64,000 nucleotides of DNA from an uncultured delta proteobacterium (lineage in GTDB: Bacteria; Desulfobacterota; Syntrophia; Syntrophales; UBA2185): positions 160,001 through 224,000 of the forward strand of contig CAVOID010000004.1 in the NCBI GenBank assembly GCA_963695875.1, in the 5' to 3' direction. The stretch's first letter is position 1. Every line of letters starts with the position of its first letter. This document shows positions 39,058 through 50,445 of the stretch, one piece after another. The notes under the pieces were generated by a model, which made no database searches, was not told the origin of the DNA, and saw only the letters and a list, made by a program, of their open reading frames with translations. The position numbers and the translations under genes were made by a program.

Positions 39058-40413
39058 ATGAAGGAAATTCTTACCGTTACGCAGTTGAATGAAAATATCA
39101 AGCGCCTCCTGGAGGAGAGTTTCGATGCCCTCTGGGTGGAAGGAGAGGTGTCTAACTTGCGCCGGCCCGCATCCGGTCATGTGTACTTTACTCTCAAGGA
39201 CGAAAAGAGCCAGATCAGGGCCGTCATCTTCAAGTCCCTGCCTTTTCAGAGACATGCGTTATGGACCAGGACACCACAGTTTGATCTGGAAGAGGGAATG
39301 AGCGTTATTTGCCGTGGAAGGCTGAGTGTTTATCATCCGCGGGGTGAGTACCAGTTGATTGTGGAGGTAGTGGAACCGAAGGGAGTGGGTGCCCTCCAGA
39401 AGGCATTTGAACAGCTTAAAGCCCGCCTCCAGGCCGAGGGGCTTTTTGACCCGGCGCATAAAAAACCAATCCCCTTTCTTCCCCGCAGGATCGGGGTGAT
39501 AACATCTCCCACAGGGGCGGTAATCAGGGATATTCTGAATATTACCGGGCGGCGGTTTCCTTCTGTTGATATTCTTGTTGCCCCGGTGAGGGTACAGGGT
39601 GCAGAGGCGTCTTATGAAATTATCAGGGCTATAACCGATATGCAGGCTGTGCGAAATATTGATGTGATTATCTTGGCGAGGGGAGGGGGATCACTGGAGG
39701 ATCTCGCCCCCTTCAACGATGAGGGTGTCGCCAGAGAGATCTATCGATCCCGGATTCCCGTCATCTCCGCTGTCGGTCATGAGATTGATTTTACTATCGC
39801 TGATTTTGTGGCGGATCTCAGGGCCCCGACTCCTTCTGCTGCTGCGGAGCTGGTCGTTCCGGTAAGGAGAGAACTTGCCGCTTTGCTGGAAACCCTTGAG
39901 GTGAGATTGATAAATTATAAGCGTCGCATGGTGACCAGGCTTTGTGAACAGGTGACATTATTAGCAGAACGATTAAAAGACCCCAAGAGGAGGATTACCG
40001 ATCTGCGCATGATGATCGATGACCGTCTGGAAAGGCTTAAATTGGGTCTTGACCATAAGCGGGCCATACAGAGACCTAAGCTTATTAATCTTGAAGTTCG
40101 CCTGAACCATGCGAACCCCCTTTTGAAAATCCGGGATTATCGGTTTACCCTTGGAAATTTAAGAAAAAATGTGATAGCCGGTTGGCATGATATTATGAAA
40201 CGTCTCAAAGTACGGGTTGAAACAGACATAGCCATACTCGACACGCTGAGTCCTTTGGCTGTCTTGGGAAGAGGCTACAGCATCGTGAAAAAGCTTCCCG
40301 AAGGTTTTATTGTGAAAGAGGCGGCGTCGGTGACTGTCGGCAGCATCGTGGACGTGAAGGTTTCGTCAGGCAGTTTTCAGGCGAACGTAACGGATGTGAA
40401 GCAGGAGAAATGA
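39058..40413 (+). CDS. xseA: Exodeoxyribonuclease VII large subunit
   Basis: WVEGEVSN, SGHVYFTLKD, RGGGSLEDL, GHEIDFTIADFVADLRAPTPSAAAE. Confidence 0.96.
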   Translation: MKEILTVTQLNENIKRLLEESFDALWVEGEVSNLRRPASGHVYFTLKDEKSQIRAVIFKSLPFQRHALWTRTPQFDLEEGMSVICRGRLSVYHPRGEYQLIVEVVEPKGVGALQKAFEQLKARLQAEGLFDPAHKKPIPFLPRRIGVITSPTGAVIRDILNITGRRFPSVDILVAPVRVQGAEASYEIIRAITDMQAVRNIDVIILARGGGSLEDLAPFNDEGVAREIYRSRIPVISAVGHEIDFTIADFVADLRAPTPSAAAELVVPVRRELAALLETLEVRLINYKRRMVTRLCEQVTLLAERLKDPKRRITDLRMMIDDRLERLKLGLDHKRAIQRPKLINLEVRLNHANPLLKIRDYRFTLGNLRKNVIAGWHDIMKRLKVRVETDIAILDTLSPLAVLGRGYSIVKKLPEGFIVKEAASVTVGSIVDVKVSSGSFQANVTDVKQEK

Positions 40414-40416
40414 AAC

Positions 40417-40639
40417 ATGGCAAAAGATAAGTTTGAAGAAGCCCTTGGGAGATTAGAAGACATAGTAAGAAAAATGGAGGCAGGGGATATGACCCTGGAA
40501 GAATCTCTCAAGGCTTTTGAAGAAGGGATTAAACTTGCACGATTATGTTCCCGGAAGCTTGATGAGGCAGAAAGAAGGGTGGAAGTTCTGATCAAGCAAG
40601 AGGATGAACTTGTTGTCAAGCCCTTTCAGGTGGAAGAGA

Positions 40640-40656
<17 letters not shown>
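40417..40656 (+). CDS. xseB: Exodeoxyribonuclease VII small subunit
   Basis: FEEAL.RLE.IV..ME...LEESL..FEEG. Confidence 0.95.
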
Positions 40657-41550
<894 letters not shown>

Positions 41551-41559
41551 AGAAAGCGT

Positions 41560-43470
41560 ATGAGTAAAGTAAATAGAGACTACAGTGTCCTCGCAACAGT
41601 CAATTTTCCTGATGATATCAGGAGGCTTGATCTTGTTCAGATGAACAGACTTGCCGGAGAGATCCGGGAAAAGATCATCGACACCGTTTCCAGAAATGGC
41701 GGTCATCTGGCTTCGTCTCTGGGAACGGTTGAATTGACGCTTGCAATTCACTACGTGTTTGATACTCCCAGGGACAAACTCATATGGGATGTGGGACATC
41801 AGGCCTATGCGCATAAAATAATAACTGGTCGCAAGGATTTGTTCCATACTCTAAGGAAGAAGGGGGGGATCAGTGGCTTCCCCCGGAGGGAGGAGAGTCC
41901 TTACGATGTATTCAATGCAGGACACAGCAGTACATCTATTTCTGCAGCAACAGGCATCGCGGAAGCGAGATGTCTTACTGGAGGGGACTTCAAGACTATC
42001 GCTGTTATCGGTGACGGTTCCATAGCGGCAGGAATGGCCTTTGAGGCTTTAAACTGGGCAGGAGACCGAAATAAGGACCTGATAATCATATTGAACGATA
42101 ATGAGCTGTGCATCTCGCCCAATGTGGGGGCCATGTCTTCCTATCTGAACCGCGTTATGACCGGTCATACGGTCACAAAATTCAAGACTGAGGTGAAGAA
42201 CTTTCTGAAGTCTATTCCTTCCATAGGGGAACAGATGGTGAAGTTTACTAAACAGATTGAGGAATCGCTCAAAGCTTTAGTTGTTCCCGGTGCCCTGTTT
42301 GAGGAACTGGGATTTACCTATGTCGGCCCTCTTGAGGGGCATCGTCTGGATAATCTTATCAGGAATCTGAAAAACGTGAGAGAGTTGCATGGTCCTGTTC
42401 TTGTGCACGTCATTACGAAGAAAGGTATGGGCTATAAATTTGCCGAGGACGATCCTGCAAAATTCCATGGCATTGCGCCTTTTAAGATCGATACAGGTGA
42501 GCCTCTTGCCAAAGACCATACACCGCTGTCTTACACAAAAATGTTCGGGAGAACGATTATAAAACTGGCCCGTTATAATCCTCTGATTGTCGCCGTAACA
42601 GCCGCCATGAGGGAAGGTACGGGGCTTGATGAGTTTGCTGGGGAATACGCCGAGCGCTTCTATGACGTAGGCATGGCTGAACAACATGGTGTGACCTTCG
42701 CTGCCGGTCTTGCGACGGGAGGATTGATTCCGGTGGTGGCTATTTATTCGACATTTATGCAACGTGCATATGATCAGATCCTTCATGATGTCTGTCTGCA
42801 GAATCTGCCGGTTGTATTTGCTCTCGATCGGGGAGGCTTTGTGGGATCTGATGGCCCTACCCATCATGGACTCTTTGACTATTCCTATCTGCGTTCTATC
42901 CCGAATATTATTGTGATGGCCCCCAAGGACGAAAATGAACTCCAGCATATGCTGAAAACTGCTGTTGAGTGCGGCGGGCCTGTTTCGATAAGATATCCCC
43001 GTGGTAGAGGAGTTGGCGTGCCCATCGATGATCTTCCCGTTTCTCTTGATATCGGAAAGGGTGAAATTGTCTATGATGCGGAAGATGCTGCTCTGGCCAT
43101 CATTGCCATCGGTTCCACGGTTTATCCTGCCATTGCCGCTGCCCTTGAACTTAAGGACGAAGGGATGAATGTACAGGTTCTTAATGCCCGATTCGTCAAA
43201 CCCCTTGATGAAAAACTGCTGTGTGATACGGCAAAGTCCCTTAAGAGAATCATAACTGTTGAAGAAAATGTTCTGATGGGAGGGTTCGGTAGTGCTATAC
43301 TGGAGTTGTTTGAAAAACGGGGCATCCGTAACATTACCGTAAAAAGAATCGGTATTAAGGACGAATTCGTAGAACATGCTTCACAGGCTGAGTTGAGAAG
43401 GATGTGCGGCATAGATGAAGAGGGTATCATGGAAGCCGCGCGGCACATGATGGGCAAAGGGAAGCAATAG
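41560..43470 (+). CDS. dxs: 1-deoxy-D-xylulose-5-phosphate synthase
   Basis: GGHLASSLG, WDVGHQ, GDGS...NDN, DGPTHHG. Confidence 0.97.
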   Translation: MSKVNRDYSVLATVNFPDDIRRLDLVQMNRLAGEIREKIIDTVSRNGGHLASSLGTVELTLAIHYVFDTPRDKLIWDVGHQAYAHKIITGRKDLFHTLRKKGGISGFPRREESPYDVFNAGHSSTSISAATGIAEARCLTGGDFKTIAVIGDGSIAAGMAFEALNWAGDRNKDLIIILNDNELCISPNVGAMSSYLNRVMTGHTVTKFKTEVKNFLKSIPSIGEQMVKFTKQIEESLKALVVPGALFEELGFTYVGPLEGHRLDNLIRNLKNVRELHGPVLVHVITKKGMGYKFAEDDPAKFHGIAPFKIDTGEPLAKDHTPLSYTKMFGRTIIKLARYNPLIVAVTAAMREGTGLDEFAGEYAERFYDVGMAEQHGVTFAAGLATGGLIPVVAIYSTFMQRAYDQILHDVCLQNLPVVFALDRGGFVGSDGPTHHGLFDYSYLRSIPNIIVMAPKDENELQHMLKTAVECGGPVSIRYPRGRGVGVPIDDLPVSLDIGKGEIVYDAEDAALAIIAIGSTVYPAIAAALELKDEGMNVQVLNARFVKPLDEKLLCDTAKSLKRIITVEENVLMGGFGSAILELFEKRGIRNITVKRIGIKDEFVEHASQAELRRMCGIDEEGIMEAARHMMGKGKQ

Positions 43471-43493
43471 ATGTCATACCGCTTATGATGTCC

Positions 43494-43659
43494 TCGGGAA
43501 ATAAGTTCATCCGCGCTCAGAATCTTGTTTCGACCATACTCCACCTCGCTTTACTGACAACGCAAAAGCTCATGCTGCACACTCAAACACTTGCGTTTGT
43601 GATCGTTTCGCTACGGTGGACGTGGTACCCGAAAAATTGAAGCTCAAAGAGCTTCCCGG
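43494..43659. other. Long imperfect hairpin (structured intergenic element)
   Basis: Nested complementary blocks cgggaa/ttcccg, tttcg/cgaaa, tccacc/ggtgga, acgcaa/ttgcgt. Confidence 0.6.
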
Positions 43660-43778
43660 AAAAGAAGATGGTTATTATCTATTGCGCCCCTTACCCTGCA
43701 CTGCAGTGTGGCAGGAAGCGATCGAGGCCTTCACTCCGCGCGTCATGAACCCATTTTCTATTTTTTAAGAGTCATCTC

Positions 43779-44525
43779 GTGGGCGTCAAAATCAAGAAAG
43801 TCAGATTGGACAGGTTACTCGTCGATATGGATATCTGTCTGACATGCGAAAGAGCCAGGGCGCTTATTATGTCAGGGGCAGTGCTCGTGGGAGATACGAG
43901 GATGGACAAGGCAGGTACCCTCGTATCCCCGGATGCAGATGTAAGGATTGAAGGAGAGGATAATCTATACGTCAGCAGGGGAGGAGTGAAGCTAAAAGGT
44001 GCCCTCCAGGCATTTGATATCAATGTCAGGGATATGGTCGTTCTAGATGTGGGAGCCTCCACAGGTGGGTTTACTGATTGTCTTCTTCAGGAAGGGGCAA
44101 GGAAAGTCTATGCCCTTGATGTCGGTTACGGTCAGTTAGCGTGGAGACTGCGGATGGATGAACGGGTAGTTTGCATAGAGCGCACGAACATCCGGTACTT
44201 TAAAGGTGTGGAAATTAAGGAATCCATTGACATGGTAACTATTGATACGTCGTTTATTTCTCTCAAACTTGTTGTTCCTGCCGTACTTAAGGTGAGCAAA
44301 AAAAATGACGCGATTATCCTTGCCCTTATTAAACCCCAGTTTGAAGCCGGACGAGAGGAGATTGAGAAACGTGGTGTGGTAAGAAATCCTGAGGTTCATA
44401 AGCAGGTAGTAGAAGGCATAAAGGAATTCTGCGTGGGATTGGGATTGAATATTATGGGAGTCTGTGAATCCCCTCTTACGGGTCCTAAAGGTAACAAAGA
44501 GTTTTTTATGTATTTAAGAAAATAG
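43779..44525 (+). CDS. tlyA: TlyA-family rRNA methyltransferase
   Basis: RLD..L, YVSRGG.KL, LDVGASTGGFTD, DTSFISL, LIKPQFE, GNKEF. Confidence 0.95.
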   Translation: MGVKIKKVRLDRLLVDMDICLTCERARALIMSGAVLVGDTRMDKAGTLVSPDADVRIEGEDNLYVSRGGVKLKGALQAFDINVRDMVVLDVGASTGGFTDCLLQEGARKVYALDVGYGQLAWRLRMDERVVCIERTNIRYFKGVEIKESIDMVTIDTSFISLKLVVPAVLKVSKKNDAIILALIKPQFEAGREEIEKRGVVRNPEVHKQVVEGIKEFCVGLGLNIMGVCESPLTGPKGNKEFFMYLRK

Positions 44526-44608
44526 TAAGAAAATAGGTACTGAGGCCTATTTTCTCTCGTTCCAAAGAAACATAATGTCGCAAATAAAATATAGGTTACA
44601 AGACATAA

Positions 44609-46353
44609 ATGGGCGTTAAGCTGGCCAAAACCGCAGGATTTTGCATGGGCGTCAGAAGAGCTGTCGATCTGGTTCTCGACATTGCCCAGCGCAAGGGAAA
44701 AGAAAATGTCTATACATATGGACCCCTGATTCACAATCCTCAGACTATCGAACTCCTCAGGACGAGAGGCATTATACCGATAAGTAATGTCGATGATATT
44801 GATGCTTCCAATAAAGGATCCACGATCATAATCAGAGCCCACGGTATATCACCCGAAGAAAGAAAAAAAATCAAGGAGAAGGGATTCAAAATCATTGATG
44901 CCACATGCCCTAAAGTGGCTCATGTCCAAGCAATTATTAAGAAGCACGTATCGCTGGATTATACTGTTCTTATTATTGGTGACAGGGAACATCCGGAGGT
45001 TAATGGTCTTTTAGGCTATGCCTATGGCAAAGGTATCGTTATAGGCAGCGCTGAAGAAATTGAAAGTCTTCCTTTCACGGATAAGGTTTGTGTTGTTGCT
45101 CAGACCACGCAGAGTATGGATGAATTCATTGATATTGTAGACAGGATCAAAGCGAAATTTTCTGACACTGTCGTCTTCAATACCATTTGCGATTCTACAG
45201 AAAAAAGGCAGGCAGAAGTGAAACGTCTAGCCGAAGAGATGAATGCTATATTTATTGTCGGCGGCAGGAACAGTGCAAACACAAAACGGCTGGTCAGGAT
45301 TTCAGAGCTTCAGGGTAAGCCGACATTTCATATTGAAACGGTGGATGAATTAAAAGAAATTCCCATAAGCCTCTATGAGAAGATTGGTATATCCGCCGGG
45401 GCATCAACACCAAACTGGATTATAGACCGGGTTTTCGACAGCATTATCAGTCACCAGCGTGAAAAAAGTAAGAAGGTTAGAAAGATATTTAAATTTTGGA
45501 TGTTTACCGTTAAAACGGATATCTATTCCGCTGTTGGGGCCGGATGTCTCTCACTTGCAAGTATGCTTTTGCAGAGACTTGATGTGGATGTTTTGAATAT
45601 TATGATAACATCTTTTTATGTATACGCCATGCATGCCCTCAATCGGCTTATAGACAGAAAAGCAAGTACTATAATCGGTTCATTTAGAGAAGAGTCATAT
45701 CGAAAACATGAAAAGACTTATATATTTGTCGCCATAGTGTCTATGGTCCTTGCTTTGATATGTTCCTTCCTCTCAGGGATAAATGCCTTTATATTGCTCT
45801 CTTTAGTTTCAGTGCTTGGTGTACTCTATAATGCGAGAATACTGCCGGAGTATTGGCGCTTTAAAAGTCTAAAAGATTTCCCTGGTTCAAAGAACATATC
45901 AACTGCTATGGCGTGGGCTTCGGTAGCAGCGTGCTTCCTCAGTTTGAAATCAGTGTTTCCGTTACTCCCGGCATGGTAGTTGCGTTTCTTTTTACTTTTG
46001 GGATTGTCTTTGTCTGCTCGGCAATGTCTGATACGCTGGACGTTCAGAGTGACAGACTAATCGGGAGAGAAACGATTCCTGTCCTCATCGGGAAAAAACG
46101 TACCCAAATTCTTTTAAACGGGATACTCATTTTACTATTCATTCTGCTCATTATTTCCGGCTACTTCGTGTGGACTTCTTCAGTAAGTTTTGCCCTGCTG
46201 ACGTGCATTTTTTTTGTATGGATTTATTTTAAGCTTTATGATAGAAGGTCGGCGTTTTCCGGAGTGGTTCAGGGAGGTGTCCTTGAAACCACTTATATTT
46301 TAGCGGGCTTAAGTTCCCTCATATGGCTCTATTTAACTAAGTTGCCTGATTGA
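44609..46353 (+). CDS. ispH: IspH fused to a C-terminal UbiA-like membrane domain (frameshift near 45930)
   Basis: AGFCMGV, IHN, DATCPKV, NTICDST, SANT, GASTP, followed by multi-TM domain with D.QSD.LIGRETIP. Confidence 0.9.
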
Positions 46354-46378
46354 GTTAATCTCAGGGGGTACCGTTGTA

Positions 46379-46966
46379 ATGAAAAGAATGTGTATACTTT
46401 CTTCAGTGGTGCTTCTGATCATTACATTTTTTGGTTGCAGCGGACTTCGCTATTCTCAGGTTACCCCGGAAGCAAAGGATTATCATCCCAAAAGAGTTGG
46501 AGTGTTTCCTGTTGATGTAGGGACATATGAAGAGGCGAGGGGGGTCATTGATCAGATCATCGCAGATGTTCTTGTTGACAAAGGGTGGTTTACGGACGTT
46601 GTCACAGCCGATACGATAAGTAACCAGATTCAGACTAATGAGGAACTTCGGAAGGTTTACCTTGATTACATTTCCAAGCTTAAAGCGGTCAATTTTTCTG
46701 ATCCTGGGCTGAGTAAAAAGATCGGTGAAATAACTAAAGTCGATGCCTTCTTAATTGCCAATGTGGACTACTGGAATTACACGAAGGCAAACGATGACAA
46801 TGTGGCCAAGGTGGACATCGGAATTAAGATGGTTGATGCTTCTTCGGGTATAATTCTCTGGAAAGCGGGTCATCACGAAGTAGGAAGTTATATGCTTATC
46901 AAGCCGAAACTTCCTGACGTGGCGAGGGACCTTGTCAGGAAGCTGATAAAAGAAATGCCCCATTGA
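46379..46966 (+). CDS. Lipoprotein (CsgG/LpoB-like fold possible)
   Basis: Lipobox FFGC; KIG....VDA...KMVD..SG.ILW pattern. Confidence 0.7.
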   Translation: MKRMCILSSVVLLIITFFGCSGLRYSQVTPEAKDYHPKRVGVFPVDVGTYEEARGVIDQIIADVLVDKGWFTDVVTADTISNQIQTNEELRKVYLDYISKLKAVNFSDPGLSKKIGEITKVDAFLIANVDYWNYTKANDDNVAKVDIGIKMVDASSGIILWKAGHHEVGSYMLIKPKLPDVARDLVRKLIKEMPH

Positions 46967-47053
46967 AAAGGGAGCATATAATTAAAGACTAAGGGCAAAC
47001 TCTTTGATCTTGCACCGTTAGCCTTTGATAGCGTTAAAAATGGAGGTCATATT

Positions 47054-47278
47054 ATGAAGGAGAAAGTGCGCAGTGCCATAGAGCGTATCAGACCGAATCT
47101 TCAGGCTGACGGGGGAGATGTTGAGCTTGTTGATGTCAATGATGAAGGTATTGTCAAGGTAAAACTGCTGGGGGCCTGTCATGGTTGCCCCATGTCGCAA
47201 ATGACCCTGAAGATGGGTATACAGAAGTATCTGCAAAAAGAAGTTCCGGGAGTAAAAGAGGTTGTTTCTGTAGCGTAA
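47054..47278 (+). CDS. NifU C-terminal/NfuA-type Fe-S carrier
   Basis: [15 protein letters not shown]...GACHGCP. Confidence 0.93.
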   Translation: MKEKVRSAIERIRPNLQADGGDVELVDVNDEGIVKVKLLGACHGCPMSQMTLKMGIQKYLQKEVPGVKEVVSVA

Positions 47279-47358
47279 ATTTAAAAAAGAAGCTCTTTTA
47301 AAATAACAAAAGGGCAGCTTAGAGCTTCTTCACGAGGCCGATAAAAATAAAAAGATAA

Positions 47359-47550
<192 letters not shown>

Positions 47551-47575
47551 AATCATACCCGGTAATTAAGACCAA

Positions 47576-47631
47576 AAAGGGGAAACCATCCACCTTAGCG
47601 ACAGGAGGGTGTTTTCCCCTCTTCTTTTTTT
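47576..47631 (+). terminator. Intrinsic terminator after the ferredoxin gene
   Basis: aggggaaa...tttcccct stem followed by a T-tract. Confidence 0.6.
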
Positions 47632-47787
47632 ACTAAGGTTCGGCCAAATCTGACGTAGAAGTAAATTCGGCGATTCGTCGGGAACGGTGCCAAAATTCTG
47701 TATTCTAAACAAATCCATATCAATAAAGTATTTTTTATGTATTATAATTAGTTTATTTCACATGGGGACAGCATTACGGGGATTCTT

Positions 47788-48444
47788 ATGGAAATGGGAC
47801 GATTTATTTCGTTTGAAGGTATTGAGGGTTGTGGAAAAACCACCCAGATTAAGCTTGCAGGAGAATATTTAAAACAAAGCCATATCCCTATTATAATTAC
47901 TGAAGAACCGGGGGGAACTCCTATCGGAAGAAGGATCAGAGAGATTCTTTTAAACAAAGGATCCGGTGAGGAGATTTGTAAAGAAACGGAGATGCTTCTT
48001 TTTTCCGCGGCGAGAGCCCAGCATGTTAGGAATGTGATAATCCCGGCACTGAAGGATGGAACGCTAGTTTTATGTGACCGGTTTTATGATGCAACGATTG
48101 CCTACCAGGGTTTCGGCAGGGGATTAGACATCAATTTTATCAGGTATCTTAATGATTTTTCCGCATCTGATCTAAAACCCGGCTTAACCCTTCTATTTGA
48201 TCTGCCGGTCGAGGTTGGTTTGAAAAGGGCCATGCATAGAATATCCCATATGAAGGAGGGTTCGGCGGAAGATCGGTTTGAAAGGGAGAATTTGGAATTT
48301 CATAGAAAGGTTAGAGAAGGTTATCTTTCCATAGCTGGACAGGATAAAGAACGGTTCAGGATCATCGACAGTACAAGAGATATAGAAACAATCCATAGTG
48401 AAGTATGTATCCACCTTTCTGAATTCATAAACAAAAAACTATAG
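47788..48444 (+). CDS. tmk: Thymidylate kinase
   Basis: FEGIEGCGKTTQ, EPGG, CDRF...YQG. Confidence 0.96.
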   Translation: MEMGRFISFEGIEGCGKTTQIKLAGEYLKQSHIPIIITEEPGGTPIGRRIREILLNKGSGEEICKETEMLLFSAARAQHVRNVIIPALKDGTLVLCDRFYDATIAYQGFGRGLDINFIRYLNDFSASDLKPGLTLLFDLPVEVGLKRAMHRISHMKEGSAEDRFERENLEFHRKVREGYLSIAGQDKERFRIIDSTRDIETIHSEVCIHLSEFINKKL

Positions 48445-48449
48445 ACACG

Positions 48450-48557
48450 AAATCCTAAATTCTAAACAATATTTAAACTCTAATGTTAAAACTATCAGAC
48501 TTTTGATATTAGGGTTTAGAATAGGGTTTAGAATTTAGAGTTTTGAATTTAGGATTT
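48450..48557. repeat. Heptamer-periodic inverted-repeat element
   Basis: 13-bp terminal IR aaatcctaaattc/gaatttaggattt; ~7-nt units in both arms. Confidence 0.7.
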
Positions 48558-48565
48558 TGAAATAT

Positions 48566-49555
48566 ATGTCTTTCAAAGATATTTATGGTCATGAAAAACA
48601 GATTAGCGTCCTTCAAACAGCAGTGGCAAGGGATCGTATTCCCCACGCTTATCTTTTTTACGGCATGGAAGGCATCGGAAAGAGGACAGTGGCAGAGGTC
48701 TTTGCCAAAGCCCTGAATTGCAAAAGTGGAAGAGACATCCTTGACGCATGTGATACGTGTGCGTCATGTCTAAAGATAGATCGTGGGAATCATCCCGATG
48801 TCGTTACAATAAAGGCTGAAGGGCAATTTATAAGAGTTAAGGAGATCAGAGAACTCCAGGAACAGATGAAGTTCAGGCCATTTGAAGGGGGGACGCGGAT
48901 CTTTATCATCTTAGACGCTGATAAAATGAATATCGTTTCGGCAAATGCCCTCTTGAAGACACTTGAAGAGCCGTCGGCATCCAATATATTGATATTGATC
49001 ACATCACGCCTTCATCTGCTTCCCGTGACTATTCTATCCCGGTGCCAGCATTTGAGGTTTAATCCTCTACGACAAGAAACCATTGCCTTATACATACAGG
49101 AAAAATTATCAATGGATCACAAATCCTCTTATTTGATTTCTTTGTCATCCGGCGGGAGCATCGAAAAGGCGCTGGCTTTGAAGGATGATTCCTACCTGAT
49201 AATGAGGAAAGCAATCCTTGACATAATGTCAAAAATCAAGACTAAAGATCCTCTCGGGTTGTTATCCGTCGCAAATGATTTTGGACAGGAAAGACAAGAA
49301 ATAACAGAAAGACTCAGCATTTTAATGATGGGTTACAGAGATGTGCTGCTTTATAAAGAAACCGGTGAAACGGAACGTGTTATCAATCAGGATCACATAG
49401 ACATTATAAAATCTTTTGCCGAGAGGATATCAGGGGAAAATATTCTGAATAGCATAAAAGCGGTAGAGCGGGCTTTCCATGCTATAAATCAGAACGCCAA
49501 TAAACAATTGACTTTGGAGACGATGGTGTTTAAACTTAGCAGGTATTGTGAATGA
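48566..49555 (+). CDS. holB: DNA polymerase III delta' subunit
   Basis: HAYLF.G..GIGK, C...C..C..C Zn motif, HPD, ANALLKTLEEP, TILSRC. Confidence 0.93.
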   Translation: MSFKDIYGHEKQISVLQTAVARDRIPHAYLFYGMEGIGKRTVAEVFAKALNCKSGRDILDACDTCASCLKIDRGNHPDVVTIKAEGQFIRVKEIRELQEQMKFRPFEGGTRIFIILDADKMNIVSANALLKTLEEPSASNILILITSRLHLLPVTILSRCQHLRFNPLRQETIALYIQEKLSMDHKSSYLISLSSGGSIEKALALKDDSYLIMRKAILDIMSKIKTKDPLGLLSVANDFGQERQEITERLSILMMGYRDVLLYKETGETERVINQDHIDIIKSFAERISGENILNSIKAVERAFHAINQNANKQLTLETMVFKLSRYCE

Positions 49556-49604
49556 TTGAATTTTTTGTCATTTACGAGATCATTGGAAAAAGGAGTAAGT
49601 CAAT

Positions 49605-50393
49605 CTGAAAAATATTGTCGGGATAAAGTTTAGAAAAGATGGAAAGATATACAGCTTTGATGCCTCTGGTCTCCAGTTGGAAAAGAACGATCAGGTGATT
49701 GTCAATACTGAAAATGGAATGTTATTGGGCACAGTTATTACGGATGTGAAGCCCGTGCCAATTTATCAACTGCCGGTCAACCTTAAAAGCGTTGTTCGTA
49801 AAGCTACTGAGGAGGATTTGAGAGTCAGAAAGGAGAATGAAATACTGGAACAGGAGTCCCGTCAATTCTGCCTGGAAAAAATCAGAGAACGTAATCTTCC
49901 CATGAAGCTGATTGATGTCGAATGTCTTTTTGATAAGAGTCAGATAATTTTCTATTTCACCGCGGAAAACCGGGTAGATTTCAGAGAGCTTATTAAGGAC
50001 CTTGTCCAGCGGTTCAAGATAAGGATTGAATTGAGGCAGATTGGCGCCAGGCATGAGGCCAGGATGATAAAAGGGTTGGGGATCTGCGGCAGAGAAGTAT
50101 GCTGTGCTAATTTGATACCTAATCTAGACCGGGTTTCTGTCAAGATGGCAAAAGAACAGAGTGTGTCTTTAAATCCGGAAAAGATTTCAGGACTCTGCGG
50201 CAGGTTAATGTGTTGTCTGGCCTTTGAATTTGACGGATACCAGGATATGAAAAAAAACATACCAAAGTGTGGAAAGATTATAAACACTGCTGAAGGACGC
50301 GGCAAGGTCATAAGGCAGAATATACTTAAGGGTGAAGTAGTCGTAGAGCTGGAAAGCGGTAAGGAAATTACCGTCAAGATGGAAAATTTGTAA
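49605..50393 (+). CDS. ricT: PSP1/RicT (YaaT) family protein, probable CTG start
   Basis: FYFTAENRVDFRELIK, GICGREVCC, ISGLCGRLMCCL; conserved N-terminus IVGIKF lies upstream of the tracked ORF. Confidence 0.9.
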   Translation: MKNIVGIKFRKDGKIYSFDASGLQLEKNDQVIVNTENGMLLGTVITDVKPVPIYQLPVNLKSVVRKATEEDLRVRKENEILEQESRQFCLEKIRERNLPMKLIDVECLFDKSQIIFYFTAENRVDFRELIKDLVQRFKIRIELRQIGARHEARMIKGLGICGREVCCANLIPNLDRVSVKMAKEQSVSLNPEKISGLCGRLMCCLAFEFDGYQDMKKNIPKCGKIINTAEGRGKVIRQNILKGEVVVELESGKEITVKMENL

Positions 50394-50445
50394 GTGTAAG
50401 ATACTCTCTGCTTGTGCCGACAGCTATTTGAAAGAGGAATTATTA

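Noticed and set aside
42277..43377. 366-aa antisense ORF within dxs (and 58936-59967 within the DUF362 gene)
   Set aside because: Fully antisense to well-supported genes, with no motifs
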